Source of the DNA: a virus | Lineage: Duplodnaviria; Caudoviricetes | IMG/VR virus record: IMGVR_UViG_3300037408_000837 | Location: 1 to 48,390 of that record | DNA length: 48,390 nt | Reading direction: 5' to 3' (one strand) | Part shown: positions 28,101 through 36,823 of the stretch, piece after piece | Layout of the letters: each line of letters begins with the position of its first letter | Position numbering within the stretch: the first letter of the stretch is position 1 | Made by a program: the position numbers and the translations under genes | The notes under the pieces: generated by a model | Databases searched by the model: none | Seen by the model: only the letters and a program-made list of their open reading frames with translations | What the model was told of the DNA's origin: nothing

Positions 28101-29216
28101 TCAGTTCCCCTTCTGCGCGGCGCCGGCCGGGATGGCCTTCCACGCCGCATCGTTCGCCTTGCGGGTGGCCGCGAGTGCGACCTCCTCGCCCGTCTGCCCG
28201 GCGGCGCCCGCCGCGGCGCGCGCGGCCAGGAGGGCCGGGCTGGTCTGCTCGAGCGCCGCGTCGAAGCGCGCCTGGACGTACTCGTCCGACGCCTTCGCGA
28301 GGTCGACGCTCGGGGAGTACTTCTTGATCACCGCCTCGCGCACCTGGCGGTCGGTGAGGCTGTCGAGCGCGAGGTCGGCCGCGACGTGCTTCCGCGCCTC
28401 GGTCTCGAGGGCCACGCGCGCCTTGATGGCCGCCTGGAGCTTGGCCGGGTCGGCCTGCTCGATGGCGGCGTCGGCGCGGGCCTTCGCCTGGTCGCGCTCG
28501 GCGGAGAGCGCGGTGATCTGCTTCTCGGCCGCGTCGACCTTGGTCGTCGCCTGCTCCGCGGCGGTGGTCAGGCTGACCACCTTGCCCTCGAGCTCGACGA
28601 GGTGCTTCCCGACCGCCTCGTCGACCTCGTACTCGTTGCTGCCGATCTTGATCTTCATGTGCGCCCGCTCCTCGTCCTTCGTGTCGATCCGGATCGCCGC
28701 AGCCGGTCCGGCGCGCCCCTGGTCGACGATGGCCAGGTGGTTGCCGCGGATGTTCCGCTGGACGGCGTCGTACCGCTCGCCGCGCCACGCGCCCGGGGTC
28801 TCGTCCAGCTCGGCGTAGTAGCCGACGCTGACCTGATGCTTGCCCGCCTCGACCGCCGCGATGGCCGCCGCGTCGTAGACCACGAGCGACGCCTGCACGA
28901 AATCTCCCGCGCGCTGCACGTTCTCGCCGACCGCCCCGACCGCGTACTGCTTCGCGTTCGCCGGCGTGATCTCCTCGGCCGGATGGTCGACGGTGACGGG
29001 CAGCATTGCCAGGCTGGCCAGCGCGTCCGCGGCGAAGACCTCCTCGGGTAGCCGCAACTCGCGACGCTTGGTGCCGTCGGGGTTGGCGTACTCGAAGATG
29101 CCGGTCCTCGTCAGGAACGCGTCGGCCAGCAGGGAGCCGTTCGGGAGCTTGCGCGGAGACTTGAGGGGCGCGAGGTCGTGGCGGAAGTGCTTCACACGAC
29201 CACGCTGAGTGGTCAA
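28101..29216 (-). CDS. DUF2213 prohead protease/scaffold protein (start TTG 29216 or GTG 29195)
   Basis: G.L......RTGIF.Y; PVT.DHP; S.GY; YDA.QRNIRGNHLA.V..GRAG; coiled-coil C-terminus. Confidence 0.88.
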   Translation of the reverse strand: MTTQRGRVKHFRHDLAPLKSPRKLPNGSLLADAFLTRTGIFEYANPDGTKRRELRLPEEVFAADALASLAMLPVTVDHPAEEITPANAKQYAVGAVGENVQRAGDFVQASLVVYDAAAIAAVEAGKHQVSVGYYAELDETPGAWRGERYDAVQRNIRGNHLAIVDQGRAGPAAAIRIDTKDEERAHMKIKIGSNEYEVDEAVGKHLVELEGKVVSLTTAAEQATTKVDAAEKQITALSAERDQAKARADAAIEQADPAKLQAAIKARVALETEARKHVAADLALDSLTDRQVREAVIKKYSPSVDLAKASDEYVQARFDAALEQTSPALLAARAAAGAAGQTGEEVALAATRKANDAAWKAIPAGAAQKGN

Positions 29217-29302
29217 ATCGACTACCGCAAGCTCCTTGATTTGACCAGCGTGGTCAAAACGGCTGGTTTCGGACGTGTTACCGACGGAGGGGCGTGGTCA
29301 AA
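29209..29302 (-). promoter_or_regulatory. Cluster of TTTGACCAC motifs including palindrome TTGACCA-GCG-TGGTCAA
   Basis: GTGGTCAAA at 29209, 29250 and 29294; inverted copy at 29240. Confidence 0.55.
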
Positions 29303-29320
29303 ACAAAGTTGGACGCCGGC

Positions 29321-30718
29321 TCACGGTTGGAGGCCGCCGGCGCCCTGAACGGTGTCGAGCGGCGGGGTACCGTCCGGGGATTCGCCGTTCGGCGGAATGG
29401 GGGTCGCCGTCGGCGCGCCAGTGGGCTCCGACTTGGCCTCGGGCTCCTCGCCCTCGATCAGCGTCGTGCCGACGGAATACCTGTCGCCGAAGCGCGACTC
29501 GCGCACCTCGAGCGGCGAGAGCACGCGGTTGCTGAGGTAGACCTGGTCGGCGTTCGCCTGGGCGATGTGCATGTTCGCCTGCTCCGGCTCGGTGAGCTGC
29601 CAGAGCGGCCGGAACTGCACGGACCACTGCTCGGGCTCCGTCCCGCCGGCGGCCTGGAAGACCATGCGGACCAGCCGCTCGAGCGGCGGCCGCAGCGTGC
29701 GGTCCTGCCGGTTCTTCAGGTGGTCGTAGTAGAACCGGATGTCGGCGTCGCCCGTCGCGTTGAGCCCGGCCGGCGCCTGGCCGAAGAGCATGCTCACCGG
29801 CATCTCGCTCGCCGCCGCCAGTCTGAACATGAACTTCTCGAGGATCTCCGGCAGACCCGAGACGGGCGTCTGCTGCCGCTCGAAGCTCTCCTCGGAGTCG
29901 ATGAGCACGGCCCGCACCGTCGAGCGCATCAGGTCGACGAGCTGCATGCGCGTGATCAACGCGCTCTCCGCGCCGCTGCCGATGATCTCGGCGAGGCCCT
30001 TGATCTTGTACACGCCCTGCGCGAAGTCGTTCATCAACAACGCCGCGCTGTCCCAGACCACGTCGAAGTCGCGGAGCACGTCCGCGACGCGCACGAAGAT
30101 GCTGTCGCCCCAGCCCTGGTTGAGCTGCAGCATCCGCCGCGACGTGACGTTGCCCTGGAAGGCGAGGATCCGGCTCTCGTGGATCGTGATGCCGCTGGCC
30201 ATGACCGCGTCGGTCTGCGTGTCGGGGCTGAGCAGGTACGTCTTCGGCTGGCCGAAGTTCCGCTCGCGCGGGTCGGTGTAGTAGGTGTCCGCCCGGAGCT
30301 CGCGCGTGGTCAGCGCCGTGAGGTAGAGGATCTCGCGCACCGCGCCGAGGGGCTTGGCCAGGTTGCTCGCCCCGTCGTCGGCGCCGACCAGCACCGCCCC
30401 CCCGCCGTAGGCACGCGCGTAGTAGAGCGCCTCGCGCAGCCGCTCGCCCGCCTCGAGGTCCTCGAGCTGCGCGGCGAGCTCGTCCTGACGAGGCTTGTCG
30501 TTCGGGATGACGACGTCCCATCCCTGCCGGATCATCTCGTCGACCGGCCGCTCGACGATGCGCGCGCCGAGGTCGGAGCCGCGCCAGAGCGCCTCGTTCT
30601 CGTCGTAGGTGAGCACCTTCGCCGCGAAGGTGTGCGAGGTGCGCTTGTCGTAGTCCGTGCCGATCCGGGTGAGAACGTTGCTCCAACCATCTCTCAGCGT
30701 CTTCTTCTTGCGGGCCAT
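29321..30718 (-). CDS. Portal protein (DUF1073 family)
   Basis: DGW.N..T..GT..DK; ARAYGG; IH.SR; GWG.S; P...LFG..P.GLNATG..D...YYD; F.PLW. Confidence 0.9.
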   Translation of the reverse strand: MARKKKTLRDGWSNVLTRIGTDYDKRTSHTFAAKVLTYDENEALWRGSDLGARIVERPVDEMIRQGWDVVIPNDKPRQDELAAQLEDLEAGERLREALYYARAYGGGAVLVGADDGASNLAKPLGAVREILYLTALTTRELRADTYYTDPRERNFGQPKTYLLSPDTQTDAVMASGITIHESRILAFQGNVTSRRMLQLNQGWGDSIFVRVADVLRDFDVVWDSAALLMNDFAQGVYKIKGLAEIIGSGAESALITRMQLVDLMRSTVRAVLIDSEESFERQQTPVSGLPEILEKFMFRLAAASEMPVSMLFGQAPAGLNATGDADIRFYYDHLKNRQDRTLRPPLERLVRMVFQAAGGTEPEQWSVQFRPLWQLTEPEQANMHIAQANADQVYLSNRVLSPLEVRESRFGDRYSVGTTLIEGEEPEAKSEPTGAPTATPIPPNGESPDGTPPLDTVQGAGGLQP

Positions 30719-30733
30719 GGTCGCTCCCCTCTC

Positions 30734-32014
30734 TCACATCTGGGCCATTCGGAGGAGCCGCGCCACGTCGCTCCCCTGGTTGAACTTGTGAATGCACACG
30801 TAGCGCAGGGCGTCGCACAGGTGGTCGTGCTGACCATCCTTGAGCGGCGCCTCCTTGGGCTGGTCTCCGCGGGTGGTCGCGTACGAATACCCGCGCACCG
30901 AGCGGATCATCTCGACGCAGTTGCGCGTGACGAACAGCCTCCGCGTCCCGGCCGCCGACAGCATGAGCGAGCGGACCAGCGCCACGCCCGCGTCGATCTC
31001 CGTCTTCTCGTTGCCGACGAGGTAGCCGAAGCGCTGCACGATCGAAGCCGTGTCCGCATTCGTCGGGTCGACGAACACCTTGCTGACGGAGCGCGGCGCC
31101 AGGCCATGCTTCGCCAGCACGGCGGCCACGCGGTCGAGGACCTGGTGCGTGTCGCACCGCTGCAGGTAGAGCTCGTCGAAGACGGTCACGCGGAGATCGC
31201 GCTGGTTCACACGGTGGTCCTGAGCAGACGGCACCGCGACGAAGACGACCGCGGCCTTCGTCGCGAACCCTGGATCGAGTCCGAGGTAGACGTGGTGCTC
31301 GGCCGCCGTGGGCGAGAACGGCTCGACGATGTTCTCGGCGGAGAAGTCGGGGTACACCTGGCCGGCACGGGTCACGAACTCGGCGGCGAACTCCTGTTGC
31401 CACTCGCGCGGGTCGAGCGTGGCTTTCGCGTCCTCGAGCTCGTCGGCACCCAGGGTCGGGTTGATCCAGGAGGGCCAGTGGAACCGCTGCCAGTTCGCCC
31501 GGGTCGCCGCGTCCTCCCAGAGCCGATGCAGCCAGTTCAGACCGTTCGGCGTCGAGCACAGCACCGCGCGCCCCGCCCGATCGGCGAGCGCCGGTCGCAG
31601 TGCTCGCTTCCACATCGCCTCGGCCACGAACGCCGCCTCGTCGATGACCAGGTCGGTCAGCGCGCGGCCACGCAATGCCTGTTCGGACTCGCTCCCTTTG
31701 AACGTGATCCGGCTCCCATTGCGAAAGCGCACCAGCATCCGCTGTTCGTTCGTGTACTGGATGAGCGGCCGCAGGTCGTCGGACAGTTCCTCTTTGAAGA
31801 CGTCGAATCCAACGTCGCGCGCGTCCGAAAGCGTCGGGCTCACCCACCACGCGTTCACATCGGCAACCGTGAGAGCGCGCTTGACGAGCTCGTGCAGCGC
31901 GCCCAGCGACTTGCCGCTGCGCCGGCCGCCGACGACCAGCTTGAAGCGCGCCGTCGAATCGTGGAACTCCCGCTGATACGGGAAGGGCGAATAGGCGAGC
32001 GTGATGGTCGGCAT
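30734..32014 (-). CDS. terL: Terminase large subunit
   Basis: Q..FH; GGRRSGKS; LRG; IDEAAF; STPNG.NW; QEF.AEF; GLDPG; DHLCDALRY. Confidence 0.93.
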   Translation of the reverse strand: MPTITLAYSPFPYQREFHDSTARFKLVVGGRRSGKSLGALHELVKRALTVADVNAWWVSPTLSDARDVGFDVFKEELSDDLRPLIQYTNEQRMLVRFRNGSRITFKGSESEQALRGRALTDLVIDEAAFVAEAMWKRALRPALADRAGRAVLCSTPNGLNWLHRLWEDAATRANWQRFHWPSWINPTLGADELEDAKATLDPREWQQEFAAEFVTRAGQVYPDFSAENIVEPFSPTAAEHHVYLGLDPGFATKAAVVFVAVPSAQDHRVNQRDLRVTVFDELYLQRCDTHQVLDRVAAVLAKHGLAPRSVSKVFVDPTNADTASIVQRFGYLVGNEKTEIDAGVALVRSLMLSAAGTRRLFVTRNCVEMIRSVRGYSYATTRGDQPKEAPLKDGQHDHLCDALRYVCIHKFNQGSDVARLLRMAQM

Positions 32015-32018
32015 CGCG

Positions 32019-32402
32019 CTACTCGCCCGCGCTGTCCTTCTCGGCGACGGCGGGCGGCGCAGTCGGCGCCGAGCTGCTCCACGTCACCTGCCACCGTTCG
32101 GACGACCGCTCGGCTGCGAGCTTGTCGATGTCGACGAGGTAGCGCAGCAGCGCGTTCTGTTGCGCCGCCTGGCCCGCTTCGGCCTGCTCGATCATGCGGC
32201 GGAAGACGGGGTAGATCGCCTCGCGCAGTAGCTGGTGCGAACGCCGCGCGACCGCGTCGCTGAAGGTGCGCCGCTTCCGCCAGTCGCGCAGTCCCTCCTC
32301 GGTGATGCCGAGGGCCACGGCCACGGCCTCGGGCTTGTCGCCCTGGGCGAGCAGCTCGACGGCTTGCTCGCGGAGGTTAGCCGCTGGCCCGCGTCGCGCC
32401 AT
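32019..32402 (-). CDS. terS: Terminase small subunit (HTH)
   Basis: N-terminal HTH (A.ELLAQG.....VA.ALGI....LRDW); immediately upstream of TerL. Confidence 0.72.
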   Translation of the reverse strand: MARRGPAANLREQAVELLAQGDKPEAVAVALGITEEGLRDWRKRRTFSDAVARRSHQLLREAIYPVFRRMIEQAEAGQAAQQNALLRYLVDIDKLAAERSSERWQVTWSSSAPTAPPAVAEKDSAGE

Positions 32403-32778
32403 CGGCGGTCGCCACCTTCGCCCCGCGAGCCGCCGCCGTCTTCCGTTTCGCCGCCGCCTCGCTCGCCGCGCGCGGGAAGTTCAAGTGCGGCACGGCGCCC
32501 GGCGAACCGTACAGCTCGACGGCCCGCCAGTCGTACTCGCGCGCCGCACGGTCGAGGTATTCGCACGCGCCCGGCGGACCAACGAGCGCAGGCGTCAGCC
32601 GCCGCAGGTAGCGCCAGAGCGAGCACGTCTCGACGGTGCACGTCGTCGAGCAGGGCGCGTCGTAGTACCCGCCGTGCTCCGTCCGGTGGGTCACCGGGTC
32701 GGTGAGCGTGACGCGGAACTTCGCGCGGGCGGGCTCATAGCGCACACCCTGACGACCGCAGTTCGACACTCTCGGCAT
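32377..32778 (-). CDS. AP2-domain DNA-binding protein
   Basis: GVRY......F.V......G.Y...AAREYD..AVELYG......NFP; about 30 aa Cys-containing insertion. Confidence 0.75.
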   Translation of the reverse strand: MPRVSNCGRQGVRYEPARAKFRVTLTDPVTHRTEHGGYYDAPCSTTCTVETCSLWRYLRRLTPALVGPPGACEYLDRAAREYDWRAVELYGSPGAVPHLNFPRAASEAAAKRKTAAARGAKVATADGATRASG

Positions 32779-32784
32779 GCGCCC

Positions 32785-32814
32785 AGTCTACGCACGAACT
32801 GCGCAGGTGGTCAA
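32785..32814 (-). promoter_or_regulatory. Sigma70-like late-arm promoter, probably leaderless
   Basis: TTGACC-N18-TAGACT with the ATG 6 nt after the -10; no SD. Confidence 0.55.
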
Positions 32815-33264
32815 ATCCCTGATGGTTTGTCAGTGGGTGGCGTGACATCCTGCCACTGCGGCATGTCCTACATTGTCCCGCGACCAGGGCGCACGAGTCG
32901 TGTCTAATCGAATCGCGGTCAGCAGAAAACCATATATCTAACCAGGCGCCCTCACTACGGTAAAGTCATTTATGTATTGTCTACCACGTTAGAAAGACGC
33001 CTTCCGAGCGGTGCGTCATACACTCTAACCCCCGGATGGGGATACCAAACGGACGCCCAACGTAAGCTCCACTACTCTGCAATTCTTGCGATTTCTGACA
33101 ATTCGCGGCACTAAGTCAAGCTGTTCTACGCGCACGTAGTGAGCAGGCCTTGCGTGCATGCAGGGCTGGCCCTGACGGCGCTGGTCCCGAGTGCAGACGC
33201 CTACACGAGGCCCCTCTCGTGCACCAGCGGGTGACCGGGGGTGGACCTCGGTGATCGGTGCTCG

Positions 33265-33436
33265 GTGGTGTGTGGTGTGTGGTGTGTGGTGTGTGGTGGT
33301 AGTCGTGCTGGGGAGGATCATGTGGGCCAGTTCACGGCAACCGTTGCCGAACCGTTACCTAACCCTTACCCAAACGGTTACCCAAACCCTTTGGGTAACC
33401 CCAGGATCTCCTGTTCCTGTTCCTGTTCCTGTTACT
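33265..33436. repeat. Origin-like repeat array: (GTGTGGT)n heptamers, TTACC/AACCC iterons, (TCCTGT)n
   Basis: Directly visible short tandem repeats in the largest intergenic region. Confidence 0.7.
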
Positions 33437-33613
33437 GCTTAACTTCAATTACAACCGCGCGTGTGCGCGGGATCCCTGCTAGCAGCGAGCACGCACTACC
33501 AGCACGCGCCCAGCGCACCCTGCAGCTCGGCGTGGAGTCCTCGTGCGAAAAGTGCGAGGAGAGTATGCGAGGGGATTGGACACGAGCGCTGCAGGCGCGT
33601 AGTGGTGTAGAGC

Positions 33614-34597
33614 ATGGCGCCCGGCGTGTTGTGCGTGCTCGAGAGCTTCAGGCGCCACATGGACAACGGGCGCTGGCTGTTCCAGCGGGGTCTGCAGGCG
33701 GCCGGCTGGACGGCGGCTGGCCATGGTCTCCCGGCCGGCGAGGGCCTAGCGACCACGGACGTACTCGAGGCCGTGCAGCAGGCCGGCGCGCGGGCCGTGC
33801 TCCTCTGGCCCCGCTACGAGTGGGACAGCCGCGAGTGGGTCGGCGACGAGGTCAAGCCGGAGCACTGCTTCCGCGGCTGGGACCGCCTGCCTCCCGACGT
33901 GCTGCGTGTCGCCGTGCTGCACGACGCGCGCTCGGCCATGCGCCAGCAGCGGGCGTGGCTGCGGGACTTCAAGCCCGACGTCGTGCTGGGCTGGTACCAC
34001 GCGCAGTCCGTGCTCCCGTTCTGGCCCAGCATCAAGCCCGAGCAGTACGAGCGCACCTACCACATCCTCGACGCCTCCGCAGTGCCGCCGGTCGAGAGCC
34101 GCTCACTTCGCTGCGCCATCTCGGGCGCGCAGAACGAGCAGGTCTACCCGCTCCGCATGCGGGCCAGCCTGGCGGCCTACGCGGGCGAGCTCGGCCCCGG
34201 TGTCGACGTGCCGGCTCACCCGGGCTACGTGCAGACGGGCACGCACAGCAACGACTACGTCGGCACGCTCGCGCGCTACCGGGTGGCGCTGTGCACGGCG
34301 AGCACGTTCGACTTCGCGCTGCGCAAGCTCTTCGAGGCGACGGCCGCGGGCTGCCGCGTGATCACCGACCTGCCGGAGTACGACGTGCTGCCGGCGATCG
34401 ACGGCAACCTGCGCCGCGTGCCGCGCGACATCTCGATCCCGCACCTGCGGCGCCTCATCGACCAGCTCGCCGACACCTGGGACCTGGAGCAGCAGCGGGC
34501 GTGGTCGGCCGCGGTCCGGGAGCGGTACGACTACCGCACCGAGTGCGCGCGGGTGGCCGCGGCGCTCGAGCAGCGAGCAGCCGGGAGAGCCGCATGA
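33614..34597 (+). CDS. Glycosyltransferase (GT-B, CgeB/YkvP-like)
   Basis: YPLR; HPGY; Y...L..Y.VA.CT.S......RK.FEA.AAGC..ITD. Confidence 0.8.
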   Translation: MAPGVLCVLESFRRHMDNGRWLFQRGLQAAGWTAAGHGLPAGEGLATTDVLEAVQQAGARAVLLWPRYEWDSREWVGDEVKPEHCFRGWDRLPPDVLRVAVLHDARSAMRQQRAWLRDFKPDVVLGWYHAQSVLPFWPSIKPEQYERTYHILDASAVPPVESRSLRCAISGAQNEQVYPLRMRASLAAYAGELGPGVDVPAHPGYVQTGTHSNDYVGTLARYRVALCTASTFDFALRKLFEATAAGCRVITDLPEYDVLPAIDGNLRRVPRDISIPHLRRLIDQLADTWDLEQQRAWSAAVRERYDYRTECARVAAALEQRAAGRAA

Positions 34598-35430
34598 TCC
34601 CACCCGGCGAGCAGTGGGCGGTGCAGATCGACGTGACGAACGCCTGCAACCGCAAGTGCAGCAACTGCACGCGCCCCGCGGTGGCGCACTCGGCCGAGCG
34701 CTGGTTCATGTCCGTCGAGCAGTTCCGCGCCGCGGTCGACGCCGTGCGCGACTTCCCTTCGGCCTCACCGCGCGACCGCCTGGGCCGGCCGAAGGTCGTC
34801 GGGATGATCGGCGGCGAGCCGCTGCTGCATCCGCAGTTCGAGCAGCTCTGCGGCGAGATGCTAGCGCTGCCGCTCCACGCTCGTGGGCTGTGGACGGGCC
34901 TCGACTGGAAGCGGACGCGGTGGGCTGGCCTCATCCAGTCGACGTTCGGCCAGGGGTACATCAACAACAACCAGCACTCGACGCCGTGCTTCCACCAGCC
35001 GGTGCTCGCGGCGTCGTGCGACCTCGTGCCGGACGTCGACGAGCGCGCTCGGCTGATCGCCCGGTGCCCGATGCAGGCGGAGTGGGCGTCCAACATCACG
35101 CGGCGCGGGTTCTTCTTCTGCGAGGTGGCCGGGGCGCTGGCCGACGTACTGCCCGGTCCCCCCGGACTGCCGCTTGCGGCGGGCGTGTGGCGGGCACCGC
35201 TCGCGGCGTTCGGCGCGCAGATCGACTACTACTGCCAGCACTGCGGCGTGTGCATTCCGCTGCAGGGCCGGCGCGACGCCGAGGAGACCGACGACATCTC
35301 GCGGTCGAACCTCGAGCTGCTCACCGCGAGCCCACGGGTGCAGGCCGGCGGCTACGTCGTCGCCACGCCGGAGAACGTCCGCACCCGCGACGGCTGGCGT
35401 CCCTGCCGATACCTGCGCCAGGAGGCGTGA
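34594..35430 (+). CDS. Radical SAM enzyme with C-terminal Cys cluster
   Basis: IDVTNACNRKCSNC (CxxxCxxC); GGEPLLHP; FFCE; YCQHCGVC. Confidence 0.88.
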   Translation: MIPPGEQWAVQIDVTNACNRKCSNCTRPAVAHSAERWFMSVEQFRAAVDAVRDFPSASPRDRLGRPKVVGMIGGEPLLHPQFEQLCGEMLALPLHARGLWTGLDWKRTRWAGLIQSTFGQGYINNNQHSTPCFHQPVLAASCDLVPDVDERARLIARCPMQAEWASNITRRGFFFCEVAGALADVLPGPPGLPLAAGVWRAPLAAFGAQIDYYCQHCGVCIPLQGRRDAEETDDISRSNLELLTASPRVQAGGYVVATPENVRTRDGWRPCRYLRQEA

Positions 35431-36077
35431 TGCGCTACGACCCGGACGAGTACCTCGCGCGCGTGCCGAAGAAGCTCGTGGCCGGCGCGATGAACGACTA
35501 CAGCCTCACCGAGGACGACATGCGCGTGGCCGTCGCGCTGTTCCGAGAGCACGGCGTGCGCTACGTGCTCGAGTTCGGCGTCAACGACGGCAACACCGCG
35601 GTGGCGGTCCTGCGCCTCATGCCGGAGGTCGAGCGCTACGTCGGCGTCGACCTGGTCAAAGCGCTGTTCCCCGAGCGCGGCATCGTGCCGATCACTCCCG
35701 GCTGGCGCGCTGACGGCGACCCGCGCTTCATCCCCGTGGCCGTGGACGGCACGCCGGACTGCTTCGGCGGTCACCTGCGGCGGACGCTCGAGCAGCTCGG
35801 GGTGGACGCCTTCGACGCGCTCATCATGGACGCCGACCACGAGGAGAAGCCGACCCAGCGCGACACCGAGCTGTGCTGGCCGTTCCTGCGCCAGGGAGGG
35901 CTGTGTCTGTGGCACGACTACGGGGTCCACTCGCGGCAGCACGACAACGGCAAGGACTTCCCCCTCAAGGCGTACCTCGACAGGCTCATCGCCTCCGGGC
36001 GCCAGATCCACACCCCGGACCAGCAGAGCCGGGACCCGTGGACCTGCGTCTCCGTGGCGTGGGAGGTCAAGCTCTGA
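35430..36077 (+). CDS. Class I SAM methyltransferase (Methyltransf_24-like)
   Basis: VLEFGV..G.T; YVGVD; FD...MDADH; LRQGGL..WHDY. Confidence 0.85.
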   Translation: MRYDPDEYLARVPKKLVAGAMNDYSLTEDDMRVAVALFREHGVRYVLEFGVNDGNTAVAVLRLMPEVERYVGVDLVKALFPERGIVPITPGWRADGDPRFIPVAVDGTPDCFGGHLRRTLEQLGVDAFDALIMDADHEEKPTQRDTELCWPFLRQGGLCLWHDYGVHSRQHDNGKDFPLKAYLDRLIASGRQIHTPDQQSRDPWTCVSVAWEVKL

Positions 36078-36823
36078 GCTTCATCCGCGCCACCTGGTGC
36101 ACGAGCGGCAACGTCGGCGACCGCCTGGCGCCCTGGCTCCTCGAGAAGCTCACGGGCCAGCAGGCGCTGTACGTTGACCAGCGCGACCCGATCCCGAAGA
36201 TCCTCGGGTGCGGTTCCATCCTCGCGTGGAGCTCTGCCACGACCATCGTGTGGGGCTCGGGCCTGCTCACCCGTGACGACCCGGTGCACCCGCTCGCCGA
36301 GATCCGTGCTGTCCGGGGGCCACTGTCGCGTGAGCGCGCCCTTGCCTGCGGCTGCGAGTGTCCGGAGGTCTACGGCGACCCTGGCCTGCTGGCGCCGCGG
36401 GCGTTCCCGCTCGAGCGCGAGCCGACCTACCTGGTGGGAGTGGTCCCGCACTACGTCGACCAGTACCTGCTCGACTTCTGGCACCTGCCCGACGGCTGGA
36501 GGTTCATCTCCGTGTTCGCGGGCGTGGAGGAGTTCATCCGGCAGCTCTGCTCATGCCGGGTGGTGCTCTCTTCCGCGCTCCACGGCCTGGTGCTCGCCGA
36601 CGCCTACGGCATCCCGAACGCGCGGCTGGTCATGGGCGACCGCATCGGCGGGGATGGGACGAAGTTCCTGGACTACTTCGCCAGCGTGAAGCGGGACGCC
36701 GGCCTCGCCATCCCGTGGCGTCACATCGAGCGCGGCATGCAGGCGGCCGACATCGAGGCGCGCTGCCAGGTGGGGGAGCTCGACGTGGCTCCGCTGCTGG
36801 CCGCGCTCAGGGGGAGCCTGTGA
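36074..36823 (+). CDS. Polysaccharide pyruvyl transferase family protein (apparent CTG start)
   Basis: NVGD.L.P; GSIL; VWGSG; AVRGPLS; YGDPGLL; G.VPHYVD; SSALHGLVLADAYGIP; KF.DY..S. Confidence 0.88.
   Translation: MSFIRATWCTSGNVGDRLAPWLLEKLTGQQALYVDQRDPIPKILGCGSILAWSSATTIVWGSGLLTRDDPVHPLAEIRAVRGPLSRERALACGCECPEVYGDPGLLAPRAFPLEREPTYLVGVVPHYVDQYLLDFWHLPDGWRFISVFAGVEEFIRQLCSCRVVLSSALHGLVLADAYGIPNARLVMGDRIGGDGTKFLDYFASVKRDAGLAIPWRHIERGMQAADIEARCQVGELDVAPLLAALRGSL

Noticed and set aside
26407-28818. 803-aa plus-strand ORF
   Set aside because: Antisense shadow of the capsid genes
29321-30718. Anti-CBASS Acb1 activity (label sometimes attached to this family)
   Set aside because: Position and motifs fit a portal; no 2H phosphoesterase HxT/S pair recognised
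29294-32263. 989-aa plus-strand ORF
   Set aside because: Antisense shadow of portal and terminase in GC-rich DNA; no motifs, Arg/Ala-rich
33241-34593. Long N-terminal extension of the first radical SAM ORF (729 aa in the track)
   Set aside because: Overlaps the glycosyltransferase in another frame; the real start is ATG 34594 with ATGA coupling
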